From NCBI GenBank assembly GCA_964016885.1, contig OZ024741.1, positions 335,792,001 through 335,856,000 on the forward strand: 64,000 nt of DNA, given 5' to 3'. Positions 25,179 through 39,287 of this stretch are shown piece by piece. This DNA is from Eledone cirrhosa (lineage: Eukaryota). Numbering within the stretch: the stretch's first letter is position 1; every line of letters begins with the position of its first letter. A program made the position numbers and the translations under genes. The notes below the pieces were generated by a model that saw only the letters and a list, made by a program, of their open reading frames with translations, made no database searches and was not told the origin of the DNA.

Positions 25179-28100
25179 CTATGTAAAAACTGCTACAACT
25201 CTGGGAAACTAAACCAGAACAACCTGCCACCCTCTACACACCATCATAAACTGCGAGCAGGGTACAAATTGTTGTCCTTAAATGCTCGCAGTTTATGCAA
25301 CAAGATACATCTGTTCGAATCCTACGTCAGAAGCATCGACCCTGACTTCATCACAGTCACGGAAACATGGGCACATTCCTTACTCTGTGATGGGGTTTTC
25401 ACCATTACTGGGTACAACCTTTTCCGCAAGGACCGCATTAACCGCCGTGGTGGTGGTGTGATGGTCTACGTTCGTTCAAACTTTTCGGTAATTCCTTGCG
25501 TTGATTTGAACGAATCACAGGAAGAAGTTTTTTTCTGTGACATACGTATGACCATGTCAACACTTCTGCTTGGTGTTGTTTATCGCCCCCCAAACTACCA
25601 TCAGGACACACAGCTTTGCGATATCCTCAGAGTTGCTGCCAAGAAAACAGCCACTTATGTGTTTATTGCAGGTGACTTCAATCATCCTGAGATCGATTGG
25701 GAAACCTTTCGTTGGCCACAGGGTGCAAACGATTTCCTTGAACTAGTGCTGGACTCAAACTGGTCACAAGTAGTCACCTCTCCAACAAGAGGTGACAACA
25801 CTTTGGACCTGATCTTCACCACTACTCCTGAAGTGGTTATCAGTTGTACTACTGAGGAACCTCTAGGCGACTCTGATCATGCTATGATCATTGCCAATCT
25901 GGCACTTGAGGGCAGCAACAAAAACCAGAGCCATCTCCAATCTGCTTGCTTTGATTGGAAGAGGGCAGATTGGAACTTGTACTGCACTGAGCTACAGCGC
26001 CCAAACTGGCATGAGATGTATAACTCTGGAGATGTGAACTCTATACTCCAGAGCATCCTGGACTCAATATGGATAGCGTGTGCAGCATCAGTGCGACGGA
26101 AGCGGAAAAATAACCACCCCAAAAGTGCAATCTGGGAAACTTCAGCAGTCCGACTTGCCAGGAAAGAACGTCGGAACGCTGAACGGGAATATAAACTGCA
26201 TAGATCAGATGCCAACAGAAAAAAGCGGAATAAATCTTCTAACCATCTCAAGCAAGTGACAAAGAAGGCAGTGCTTGAATTTGAACAGTGCATCGCAACC
26301 AATCCCGACAGTAAGGTGTTCTGGAAATATGTTCATTCAAAGCAGAGACCTCACTCTCCAGTTGGTCCTCTTCGCAATCCCCATACAAGCCAGATCACTG
26401 ACGATCCCAAGGAATGCGCAGAACTCATTGCTGAGTGCTATGCAAGTATTTTTACTGTTGAAAACCAGAATGTACCATCTCCACCATCTCTAACATCAAA
26501 TTCCATAACAACTATGGAATTTACACCTGCAATGTTGCGACGTCACCTTTTGCGGGGATTTCCTTTTGCGCCAGCTTTCTTTTTTCTTTCAATACTGTCT
26601 CAGCAATGGTGCTACTCCAGAGCAGTGGAAAACTGCCAGTGTCATTCCCCTGTTCAAAAAGGGCAACCGCATGTCACCTGTCAACTATCGTCCAGTCAGT
26701 CTTACTAGCTGTATGGCCAAACTGATGGAATCCTGTGTCAGAGAAACACTTTGGAACTTCTGGAGCTCTCACAGCCTCATCCGGCCCTCACAGTTTGGAT
26801 TTATCCCTAACTCCAGCTGCTGTGATCAGCTTATCGAGTTCCTTGAGGACATCACCCGGATCACTGACAGCGGCTCATGGGTGGATGTTGTTTACCTTGA
26901 CTTTGCTAAGGCTTTTAATTCTGTGCCACACAAAAGACTTATGGCAAAACTCTCTGCAATGGGTGTGAGGGATGATCTTTTCGACTGGCTGAAATCCTTC
27001 ATTCTCAGCCGAAAGGAAGTAGTCACAGTTCTAGGACAGCATTCTTCACCATATGAGATGTCATCTGGTGTACCACAGGGATCTGTTCTTGGTCCTCTTT
27101 TGTTTGTGGCATATATTAATGACATAGATGCCAACTTACAGAATGCCACGGTACTAAAATATGCAGATGACATCAAGCTGTACCTTGAAATCAAAAGGAC
27201 TGATCCTGAAATTTACAACTCTTTCCTACAATCAGACCTGGACACAATGCAGCAATGGATCACAGACTGGCAACTGAAGCTGGCTGTGGACAAGTGTACC
27301 ACCATGCATTTTGGAAGGAAAAATCCAGCGTCCACATACTCCCTCCACAACACTGACATCAAAAAGTCCTCTTGTGAACGTGACCTGGGCATTACTGTCA
27401 GCAACGATTTGCGTTGGACAAAGCATGTCTCTAAGATTGTCAAGAAGGCCGAGGGTGTCTTGGCATCACTCAGCAAGACCTTTGTTAGCCGCTCTCCAGC
27501 CATCTATTTAAAACTGTATACAGCTATGGTGCGACCACACTTGGAATTCGCATCATCAGTCTGGAACCCCTATCTTGCTCGGAACATTGACCTCCTGGAA
27601 ACTGTTCAGAGACGTGCAACCAAGCGCATACCCTCCATCAGACACCTACCATACTCTGAACGCCTTGCTTCCCTGGGCATGAATTCATTGAAGCTCCGAC
27701 GTCTGGCAGTGGACTTGGTGAATACCCACAAAGTTTTTAACCATCTCGCCAACTGCAACCCTGAGCGCCTCTTTGATCTCCATGTATCTAACACACGTGG
27801 ACATGCCTACAAGATAAGAAAACAGCACAGCTCCCATGACTTTCGCAGACATTTTTTCACGCTCAGAGTTGCTGAAACATGGAACAAACTGCCTGCGTCA
27901 ATTGTTAGCTGCCGAGACACTGCATCCTTTAAGACACTCATGCTTCCCGAAATACGCCAAAACTACACCTGATGTGCCCCTTCCATACACATGCACACAT
28001 GTGTGCACTGTTCATTTTACTGATGTTTGTGCATTGCCCTATGTACTGTACATGCACTTTTTTGATGGGTTGTGGTGCACCTGGGCACTGTGCACAATAT

Positions 28101-28245
28101 TTCATTATTGTTATTGTTATTATATCATGACTCATACACTGTTTATTTTCCTGACATTTGTACATTATTCTATGTACTATACATGCACCTTTGATGAGTT
28201 GTAGTGCACCTGAGCACTGTACACAATAATTTCATTATATTATAT
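25179..28245 (+). mobile_element. CR1-group LINE with near-complete ORF2 (APE endonuclease + RT)
   Basis: ORF pieces 25269-26708 and 26566-27972, 3' UTR, ATT-type tail. Confidence 0.95.
25269..27972 (+). pseudogene. CR1 ORF2 (APE + RT) disrupted by a deletion/frameshift near 26550-26570
   Basis: APE motifs LNARSL, VTETW, GDFNHP, SDH; RT motifs NYRPVSLT, QFGF, LDFAKAF, GVPQGSVLGP, YADD, ERDLG, VRPHLE, TRGH; the usual KSPGPDG segment is missing at the frame break. Confidence 0.9.
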
Positions 28246-28723
28246 TATAATAGAATAAATATCGTTTTATAAAGATAGTTTCCATTTATTTAATATCGTT
28301 GTATATATATATATATGTGTGTGTATATATATAATTGTATTAATGTATATATATATATATATATATATATATTTCTTCTCACTTTCTGTTGCTTAAACCA
28401 TAATGTTTGTTCACCCTAGCGTCCCCTTTATTTACGTGCCCCAACAACTTTTTTTAGCCGTTGTTCACACCAACCTGAGGTATATGGCCCTTAATGCGAT
28501 GAAATGCCTAGGACGGTTGGAAGGCCACTAATGAAGGACTTACTTTTTCATATATATATAAGGTTAAACAAAGTTCGATGAATAAATCAAAGAATTAGTT
28601 TTACAATAGATTGGAAGCACTCAACAGTTATGGTTTTTCGGAGTTATTAATAATCTTTCAAGATATGGTAGTCATGACTGGATCTTAACCATCTACTATG
28701 TCAGGGTATGTGATGCATCATCT

Positions 28724-28790
28724 TATTTTATCTGATGAGGACGTACTGTTGAAGTTAACTCAGTACCTCTGAAATATGTATAATAAAATA
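28724..28790 (+). ncRNA. Intact minimal type-I hammerhead ribozyme (H-A-related)
   Basis: tattttat CTGATGA ggacgtactg-ttgaagttaact-cagtacctct GAAA tatgta TA ataaaata; perfect 8-bp stem I. Confidence 0.82.
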
Positions 28791-28848
28791 TACTTGATCA
28801 CAATGAAGTTCTATTTTTGTTAATATCTTGAAAGAATATATATATATA

Positions 28849-29092
28849 TTGTGATGTGCATGGAGGATGACCGGTGGGTAAAGAAGTGCCAAGAAATCCC
28901 AGTAGAAGGAAGACGCAGTAGAGGTAGACCACGAAAAACATAGGTGGAGGTGGTGAGAGCAGACCTCAGATCGCTGAAACTCACGGAGGAGATGACGAAG
29001 GACCGTGACAAGTGGAGAGATGCTGTGCTGAATAGGACCCGTCCAACCCTTGAAAGCAGAGAAAAGCAGACGTAAAATGATGATGATGATGT
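28849..29092 (+). mobile_element. 3' fragment of a further RTE lineage (C)
   Basis: VMCMEDDRWVKKCQEIPVEGRRSRGRPRKT..DRDKWRDAV, then ccgtccaacccttg..gacgtaaa(atg)n. Confidence 0.85.
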
Positions 29093-29136
29093 GTTTATAT
29101 GTGTGCATATATATATTATTTGCATTAAATGTGTGC

Positions 29137-29188
<52 letters not shown>

Positions 29189-29386
29189 TTGTATGTATGT
29201 TATATATTGTTTGTATGAGTGTGTATATGTATTATTTGTACGTGTGTGTGTATATATATATTGTTTGTAGGTCTGATTTTATATGTGTGTGTGTTTATAC
29301 ATATATGTTATATTTGTTTGTATGTATGTGTGTTTCATCATTACCGTCACCATACTGCATCTACTTTCCATACCATTAAATATATG

Positions 29387-29429
<43 letters not shown>

Positions 29430-29625
29430 GAGTGTATATCTGTGAGTATGTATTTATATATATAAGCATGTATGCTTATATATATATCCATGTATGCATG
29501 TATACATCCACATAGATGCATACAAACATACCTACATATGTATACACAAACACATATATATATATGCACACATACGTTATATATATGCACTCACACAAAC
29601 ACACACACACACATATATATATATA

Positions 29626-31058
29626 TAATAAAGAAATTATTGTGTACAGTGCTCAGGTGCACTACACTTCATCAAAGGTGTATGTATAGTACATAGAATA
29701 ATGTACAAATGTCAGGAAAGTGTATTGTGTATGAGTCATGATATACATGTGTGCATATGTATGGAGGGGGAATATCAGGTGTAGTGTTGGCGAATTTCAG
29801 GAAGCATGGAGTTTTTAAAGGATGCTGTGTCCCGGCAACTAACAACTGATGCTGGCAGTTTGTTCCATGCTTCAGCAACTCTGAGCATGAAAAAATGTTT
29901 CCAAAAGTCATGGGAGCTGTGCTGTTTTCTGACTTTGTAGGCATGCCCACAGGTGTTACACACATGGAATTAAAAAAGGTGCTCAGGGTTGTTGTTGGCA
30001 AGATGGTTAATAATTTTGTGGGTGTCTACCAAGTCAGTTGCCAGACATCGGAGCTTTAATGTATCCACACTTTGGGAAACAAGGCATTCAGAGTATGGTA
30101 GATGCCTGATAGAGGGTATTCGCTTGGTTGCACATCTCTGAACAGTTTCCAGGAGGTCAATGTTCTGAGCAAGATAGGGGTTCCAGACTGGTGATGCAAA
30201 TTCTAAGTGTGGCCAGACCATAGTTATATACAACTTTAAATAGATAGCTGGAGAGTGACTGACAAAGGTCTTGCTGAGTGATGCCTTCTTGACAATTTTA
30301 GAGAGAGAGGTGCTTTGTCTAATGCAAATCGCTACTGATAGTAATGCACAGGTCATGTTCACAAGAAGACTTCTTGATATTAGTGTTGTGGAGGGAGTAT
30401 GTGGATGCTGGGCTTTCCTCCCAAAATGCATGGTGGTACACTTGTCCACAGCCAGCTTGAGTTGTCAGTCTGTGATCCGTTGCTGCATTGTGTCCAGGTC
30501 TGATTGTATGAAAGATCTATAGCGTTCAGGATCTGCCCTTTTTATCTCAAGGTATAGCTTGATGTCATCTACATAATTCAGCAATGTGACATTGTTTAAG
30601 TTGTCATCTATGTTATTAATATATGCTAAAACAAAAGGAGACCAAGAACAGATTCCTGTGGTACACCAGATGACATCTCATAGGGTGAAAAATGCTGCTG
30701 TCCTTGAACCGTGACTATCACTTTTCGATTGAGAATGAAGGACTTCAACCAGTTAAAAAGATCATCTCTCACACCCATTGCAGAGAGTTTTGTCATAAGT
30801 CTTTTGTGTGGCACAGAATTGAAAGCTTTAGCAAAGTCAAGGTAAACAACATCCACCCATGAGCTGTCATCAGTGATCCGGGTGATGTCTTCAAGAAACT
30901 CGATAAGTTGATCACAGCAGCTGGAGTTAGGGATAAATCCGAATTGCGAGGGCCGGATAAGGCTGTGAGAATTCCAGAAGTTCCAGAGTGTATCTCTGAC
31001 ATAGGATTCTATTGGTTTGGCAATGCAGCTAATAAGACTGACTGGACGATAGTTGACA
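29626..31058 (-). mobile_element. Decayed 5'-truncated CR1-type LINE, inverted relative to 25179-28245
   Basis: ORF pieces 30626-31090, 29970-30449 and 29775-29963 match the RT of the plus-strand copy. Confidence 0.92.
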
Positions 31059-32142
31059 GTGTATATATGCACACATATACATACTTTCATATATATACAT
31101 ACATGAGGTCAGTAGCCCCGCATCAATACTAACTAGGTCCATGTAGACCCGTCCAACCCTTGCTTGAAGGGAGAGCGAACAATGATGATTTAACAAATGA
31201 TATATATATTTGTGTTATTTTAATATAATTTAATTATAAGAATTCTGTTATAGAAATTATATCAGGATGGGAAATGGGCAAGGAGGTCAGAATTGAATTA
31301 AACTGTATTTCAAAATATCTTGCTTATGAGGGTAAAAAATACCTTATTTAGTCATTCTATGAGAGTATCTTGGTCAGCCCATAAACTTTTCAGCTGACAC
31401 TTGTATTTCAAAAAAGTCACTAAGACAATCTGTCCTACCATATTAGATATAATCATCATCATCACTACTATCAGTTTGATCTTGGATTGGTAGGCTGGTG
31501 TAATGAAGAAGTCCAGAGCCAGTACCTTGGTATATAGTCCCCTCTCCTCCCTAATCTCTTGGCATAGAGGAGTGGGGGTCCAGAGCCTGTATCTTAGTAT
31601 TTAGTCCTCCCTGATGTGTTGGAGTGGTCTGGTGGTTCCAGAGCCAGTGTCTTATAGTATAGCTCTTTCCCCTCCCCTCCCTGATATCTTGGAATGGTGT
31701 GGGGTTCCAGAACCAGAGTCTTGGTATATAGTCTCCTCCTCTTCTTGATGACTTGGAGTGGGGTGTGGTGGGTCTAGAACCAATATCTTGGTATACAGTC
31801 CAATCCCCTCCCTGATGACTTGGAGTGGTGGGGAGGTCCAGAGCCAGTGTTTTAACCCCTCCCTTCCTCCTTCTATATGTGTTCATCTTCTCCCAGTTAT
31901 ATACCCCATTCTCCAAAATAAAGATAACTTTAGACTACAGTTTGGTAAGCTGTTGACTCTAGTTTTTGATACTAATGGAAGAAAGAGTGTAAAATACTTC
32001 ACATTTTTGTGATACTAAACCATCTAAAACTTCCCCTGGTTCTCTGATACAAAACTACTAATTTTAAAATGTTTGTATTTATCTAAAAACCTTCCATCTT
32101 AACTTTATGTAAGAACATTTGTTATGTTCGAAACACCAAATT

Positions 32143-32985
32143 AATAATTGTTTTTACTTTAGGCACAAGGCCAGCAATTCACAGTGCATTACTGGTACTT
32201 TATTTTATCGACCCCGTAAGGATGAAAGGCAAAGTGAACCTCGGCGGGATTTGAACTCAGAATTAATTTGAACACCAAATTAATAATGAGAAAGTTATAT
32301 TATTAAATCCCTCCAAATTTTTGATTATTTTCAAAATTATTTGAAAATCATTAGCATTATCTTTCATTAGAAATATAAGGAAAATGTTAAAGTGTTTATA
32401 ATTATCTAAAAATCTTTCACCATAAATCTATGTAAGAACCTTTGTAATGTTATGTTCCAAACAACAGCTTAATAATTAAAAAGTTATATTACTTAATCCC
32501 TCTAAATTATTGCATGTTTTCTCGGTATTTCATTTGAAATACAGTAACAAAAGTTTTAACACAATAATCCCCACACTTAACTATCTGTTCTATATACAGA
32601 ATGCATCCCTGGGAAACCCCCACTCCATTTCAAGTTGTGTGTGTATAGATGAGGTCAGTGTGTATGTGTGTGTATGTGTAGATAAGGTGAGTGTGTTTGA
32701 GTCGCTATGCATTTTTATGTGTGCACTTCTGTGTCTGTGTGTCTGTGACTGCAACCATAAGTTATATAGTTGTAGGCTTTCTACAAATTGATGAAAATAT
32801 TCATACAAGAGTTATTTCCCTTGAAACATATTTCTCATTTGATCGAATAATAATTGTTTCTACTTTTGGCACAAGGCCATCAAATTACCTAGTACATTAC
32901 TGGTACTTTATTTTATCGACCCCGTAAGGATGAAAGGCAAAGTTAACCTCGACGGGATTAGAACTCAAACCGTAAAGGGACGCGA
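32143..32985 (-). mobile_element. Two 5'-truncated Meta-like SINEs (32143-32262, 32848-32985)
   Basis: Family match. Confidence 0.8.
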
Positions 32986-33309
32986 ATAATAATGATTTCA
33001 TTTATAGATTTTCAGACGAATTTTTTTTATTTTTACCTTTTTAACAAACATTACTATCTTATGTATAAATAAATTGATTAGCAATTACTGTAATATCGAT
33101 CTGATTTTATTTTATTATAGTTTCTTAAGTGTTCAACTCAATTTTTTTCTATATTTTCCTGATGCAAACGATAGAATTATGAGAATGGGGCATCTTAATA
33201 TGTGTATGTGAACAGAGTCGTCTGTCTTGAAGCTGTTCATAGTGTAACGTCATGGTAGAGTTACTTTCTGTCTGACATTTTATATTAATGAAGCCTAAAG
33301 TCTGAATGT

Positions 33310-33545
33310 ATGTGTGTTGAGCAAGACACTTTATTTCACATTGCTCCAGTTCACTCAGTTGTAAAAATGAGTTCTGACATCACTAGTGCCAAGCTATATC
33401 GGCCGTTGCCTCTCCTTTGGACAACATTAGTGGCATTGAGAAGAGAGACTTGTATGCATGGGTGACTGCTGGTCTTCCACAAACACATCTTACCCAAGCT
33501 TGTGCCTCGGAAAGGACCTTCCCAGGTGCAAAACCATGGTCGACC
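33310..33545 (+). mobile_element. Headless CORE-type SINE
   Basis: Matches 235-470. Confidence 0.7.
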
Positions 33546-35145
33546 ATGCTGGGGCACCACCATGATTTCGTTAGTTCTATCAACCCCAATATATATGTTT
33601 TCTTGTTTGGTACTTATTTTATTAATCCATTTTTGCCGAACTGCTAAGTTACAGGACATAAACTACAAACACACATAGTATATAAATTTATATATATATA
33701 TGTGGGGGCGTGTGTTAGTCACTAGGAAGAGTGGTTAACATTTTCATACTTTAGGTTTATTAAATAACAACATTTATACACATTTCAGAGGCATTAGACA
33801 ACTATTACATGGGTCTAACATATTGTCAGACAGGAGTTAATAATGTATGTGTTAGGCAGATTATGGGACATGAACTGATAATGGTCCAAGATTTGACCAT
33901 TGAAATATGTATAGTGTTTTTTGCAACATTAAAACTTTAAAAGGGATATTTCCAGTCTGGATTTCTGTTGTTTTAAATAAGTAAATAAATAAATACACAC
34001 ACACACATATGCACACATACATATATACATATGGAGAATGGGGTATATAACTGGGAGAAGATGAACACATATAGAGGGAGGAAGGGAGGGGTTAAATACT
34101 AAAACACTGGCTCTGGACCTCCCCACCACTCCAAGTCATCAGGGAGAGGATTGGACTGTATACCAAGATATTGGTTCTAGACCCACCACACCCCACTCCA
34201 AGTCATCAAGAAGAGGAGGAGACTATATACCAAGACTCTGGTTCTGGAACCCCACACCATTCCAAGATATCAGGGAGGGGAGGGGAAAGAGCTATACTAT
34301 AAGACACTGGCTCTGGAACCACCAGACCACTCCAACACATCAGGGAGGACTAAATACTAAGACACAGGCTCTGGACCCCCACTCCTCTATGCCAAGAGAT
34401 TAGGGAGGAGAGGGGACTATATACCAAGGTACTGGCTCTGGACTCCTTCATTACACCAGCCTACCAATCCAAGATCAAACTGATAGTAGTGATGATGATG
34501 ATTATATCTAATATGGTAGGACAGATTGTCTTAGTGACTTTTTTGAAATACAAGTGTCAGCTGAAAAGTTTATGGGCTGACCAAGATACTCTCATAGAAT
34601 GACTAAATGAGGTATTTTTTACCCTCATAAGCAAGATATTTTGAAATACAGTTTACTTCAATTCTGACCTCCTTGCCCATTTCCTATCCTGATATAATTT
34701 CTATAACTGAATTCTTATAATTAAATTATATTAAAATAACATACATACACAGAGCAGCAGCATTTCTTGTACTGAGAAGGACTCATGCAAGCATGGAACA
34801 ACAGACATTAAAGTGATGATGATGACACACCACACATACATATATGTTTATCACATGTAACATGCCAATATGTCTGTAAAGCTAAAGTGGGGAGATGTAG
34901 GAAGAAGCAATAATATAAATCGAAATGTTGGCCTCAATTATTGTTGTACATGATTAATAAGAATTCTTTGTTAGTCTATCACTGAAAAATACCATTTTTT
35001 CTTGCCTTGAAACAATTATCCTGGGAAATATATACCATTATCACCTTTTCAGTTTCCATTAGTAATTAGAGCTTCCATTGTGGTTCAAGTGGTTTACATC
35101 TTGGGGGCATTGCTGTCGAATGTCTCTTGTATATACTTATTTCAC

Positions 35146-35215
<70 letters not shown>

Positions 35216-35332
35216 TCATACATAAATACATACATACATAAATTTATATATATATATTTTTTTTCCACACTCACAGATGTATATACATGCACACATATAT
35301 ATGTATATGTACACACACACAAATATACATGC

Positions 35333-35375
<43 letters not shown>

Positions 35376-37451
35376 CATACACACACAAATATACATGTAT
35401 ATATATTTATATATTCATCTCTATTGATTATTTGTACACTTAAATGCCTCTTAAATGTCTGAAATCACGAAAATCAATGCCTGTTATTATTTTTATTTTT
35501 TTAAGTTAATTTTAAAGTAGATATAAACAAAATGTTAATGAATATTGAAAAATGAAAAACTAAAACTAAAAATTTATTCTAATTATTATAATTACGTATA
35601 AAATTCTATTTAGAGTCAGTTTTTGTGTGTTTGATACTGCTTAGCTGAACATTTCAGTTTTACTTCAAAAGACCCTGATTAGTGTGAGAAAATGTATTTA
35701 GAAATTATTTGAAGCCTAATAAATACAGCTTTATTAGGCATATTTTACTTTACTTTCGTTACACTTAACAGAAATTAATTCTGGTTGCTAACAAATAGTC
35801 ATTACTGTCGGTTCATTTTCTTCTTGCTTTTATTATTTTTTCTAACTGCTTGTTTTTCAGCTTTTATTATTTCTTGTTTCAAAATTAAACATTTTTTTAA
35901 TTTTTTATAAATAACATAGGGTTGGGAGGATTCTTCAACCATGTCAAAGACATGCCATTCTGCCAGCCGGGACTGTAAGGTGTACTGACCCTTAAGTTTC
36001 AATAATGGTGGTGGTATGTAGAATAGATTTACTTTCTTAAACATGAGTAGGTTGAGAAACGAAACATGATTCAGATGTGAAACCAGAAAAATAATTTTTA
36101 ATTTAATAATTGACTGAATGGAAACCATTATAGATTTTTACCTCCCTAGTGCTGGGGGCAATGATAAAATGCATTCAATGGAGAATGAAATGTATGTAAG
36201 GAAGATGCAGGACCCCAGACCATCTGAGAGGTCAGTAGTGCCATTTAATTACTGACTCAGTCTGTGACAATTCATCCAACCCTAGCGATCAGGAAAGACA
36301 GATGTTAAATGATGATGATGATGACGATGATAAAAATATATCTTGCTTGTACTAAATGATCTTTTAATTTCTCTGTTGACCAATCATCATATTTCTATAG
36401 ATCAGTTTGGAGTAGGTACACCTGTGTGTAGATCCAATCAGAATAGATATATATATATAACTGTGTAGATCCAATCAGAATAAGTACACATATCACTGTA
36501 AAAAAATGGTAAAATATTGTCTCAAAAAGGTCACCATGAAGAATATGAAGCCTGTTATGAGGTCTGAAAAAACAACCCTGCCTTACAAATTGCTGGCATT
36601 GTGCCTAATTCAGAAATCATTATGTTGAGCAAGAGAAAAATCTCCATGTCTTTTATTTGTACATTTCCAGTATTAGAACTCACAAAATCTTGTTCACTTA
36701 TTGTAAATCTATGGAACTTCACATCAAATGTGATGTCCCCATGCTAGTCATAATATCTCCATACATATCAAGTATCTATAAGATAATGATATTGATACAC
36801 CAATTTAGATTATTTATACTGTTATACATAGTTTCTATTTAGATATTCATGAAAGTTAATACAAGCAAGCTTATGGTTTTAAACATATGTATTCCCCTCA
36901 TATATATATATATATGCTGGTGCCACAATAAAATGCACCTAACTCACACTGTAAAATGGTAGTGCTGGTACCACAATAAAATGCACCTGGGTGACACTAT
37001 AAAGTGGTAGTGCTGGGGTCACAATAAAATGCACTCAGACCACATTGTAAAGTGGGGGTGCTGCTACAACAATAAAATGCATCCAGTCTATTCTGTAAAG
37101 TGGTAGTTCTGGTGCCACAATAAAGAGCTCTCAGTCCATTTTATCAAGTGGCAGTGATAGAGTCATGAAAAATTGCACCTGGTACACACTGTAAAATATT
37201 TGGCATTAGAAAGGGCATTCAACCATAGAAGCTATGCCAGAATGGAATCTCTGAGCAAGACATAATCAACTGACCTGCCTAGCCTCAGAAGATGATAGCT
37301 GGTCTAACTCATGTAAGCACTGAAAATAGACTTAAAACTATGCTAATAACGATAATATGATTATATATACACACACATATAGTAATAATAATTACAAAGA
37401 CCAAATAAGGATAAATAAAATAAATAAATATATATATATATAATGAAGGAA

Positions 37452-37539
37452 GTGTGGTAAGGAACCAGGTGGACCATAACGCACCAAAGTACTCAATACT
37501 CAAGAGTCCAGATTTGGTCCACCTGGTAGTTTACCACAC
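37452..37539. mobile_element. Small hairpin/MITE-like element
   Basis: gtgtggtaa..accaggtggacca / tggtccacctggt..ttaccacac, near TA repeats. Confidence 0.55.
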
Positions 37540-38679
37540 CCTATCTGATATATATATGTATGTGTTTGTATGTGTCCTGAACTCTTTGTGGGGTCATAAC
37601 AATATTGACAAAGGCCTGCTTTGGGCATTTTAATCCTAGCAGAGCTCATCCTGTTCTAAGTCGGATCACAGCCAATCAACCCCAGTACTCTACTAGTACT
37701 TTATCAACCTTGAAAGGATAACAAAGTTGATCATGGCAGGTTTTGAACTCTGTATTCAGAAAACTTAAACAAATACCAACCTTCTAATGACTTTTCCAAT
37801 ATGCTTTATATATGTGCACTTATGTATACATATACATAGGTGTATCTGTGTCTTTCTGTGTATATATGGATATTTTCTTCTTCTTAAACCTGTAACTTCT
37901 GAGGGAGTTGTAGGGTGCCACATTGACATATGCCATTTCTAGGACATTTTTAAACCAGGCGAGGCCCCACTCCTCTCCAGATTTGAATACAGCAGATTTC
38001 TTCCAGAGAAGGATAGTGAATGAGAGAATGGAAGTTAGACTGGTACTTTTTTCATTGACGTTGAATTGATGAAAGGCAAAGTTGACCTCGGCAGGATTTG
38101 AACTGAGCATTCAGAAAACTTAAACAAATACCAACATTCTAATGACTGTAATTTCCCTTATATGCTTGCAGGTGTGTGTGTATGTATACATATATATATA
38201 TATAGGTTCGTGTGTGTGTATATGTATATACTGATACATAAATATACACATATACAAGAGCCATAATATACATATAATAATTTTGTGGCTTACAAAATAG
38301 ACTGAATGTATTTTAAAGTCTTACATTTTGTTATTAATTTTAAGTAATTAAAATCTAGCAAGATCAATATCAATATCAATTTAAATCCTAAATATTATAT
38401 CACTTGTATTGATTAATATGGTGATAATTAATAAGTCAAAATCAAAGAAAATAGCTATATTTTTTATTGGAAATATTTCAGTAACTAGAACATTTTCGAA
38501 AAATGCAAATGGCCATAAAACATTTGTCTCTATTGCAGCAGACCATATCATTTAAACATTCAGATAATGTTGTTAATTTTTGTTTTATTTTAGATGGTAT
38601 GACACATTATTCAATACTTTTCAGTTGCCTGTTGCTAAATAATCTTTCTCCTCGACTTGCCATGCTGCTTGGGGAAAGC

Positions 38680-39287
38680 ACAAGACAAGGGCCAGTAACA
38701 TAAGACAAGGGTCAGTAACATAAGACAAGGGCCAGTAACATAAGTCAAGGGTCAATAACATAAGACAGGGGTCAATAACATAAGACAAGGGCCAGTAACA
38801 TAAGACAAGGGTCAATAACATAAGACAAAGACCAATAGCATAAGACAAGGGTCAGTAACATAAGACAAGAGCCAGTAGCATAAGCCAAGGTCCAGTAACA
38901 TAAGACAAGGGCCAATAACATAAGACAAGGGCCAATAACATAAGACAAGGGCCAATAACATAAGACAAGGGCCAATAACATAAGACAAGGGCCAGTAAGA
39001 AGACAAAGGTTAGTAACATAAGACAAGAGCCAATAACATAAGACAAGGGCCAGTAACATAAGACAAGGGCCAATAACATAAGACAAAGACCAATAACATA
39101 AGACAAGGGCCAGTAACATAAGAGAAAGACCAGTAACATAAGAAAAAGACCAATAACATAAGACAAAGACCAGTAACATAAGACAAAGGTCAATAACCTA
39201 AGACAAAGACCAGTAACATAAGACAAAGACCAATAACATAAGACAAAGACCAATAACATAAGACAAAGACCAGTAACATAAGACAAT
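38680..39287. repeat. 20-bp minisatellite (cataagacaagggccagtaa)n
   Basis: About 30 tandem units with variant drift along the array. Confidence 0.95.

Larger units (their letters stand above)
31213..34741. repeat. ~700-bp near-perfect inverted duplication (31213-31915 / 34032-34741) containing a ~54-bp minisatellite
   Basis: Arms are reverse complements with a few substitutions and one 7-bp indel. Confidence 0.92.

Noticed and set aside
35920-35973. Possible micro-exons (also minus-strand candidates near 17380-17535, 20550-20570, 46010-46052, 48299-48335)
   Set aside because: Splice-like signals are frequent by chance in AT-rich DNA; no recognisable protein or consistent gene model
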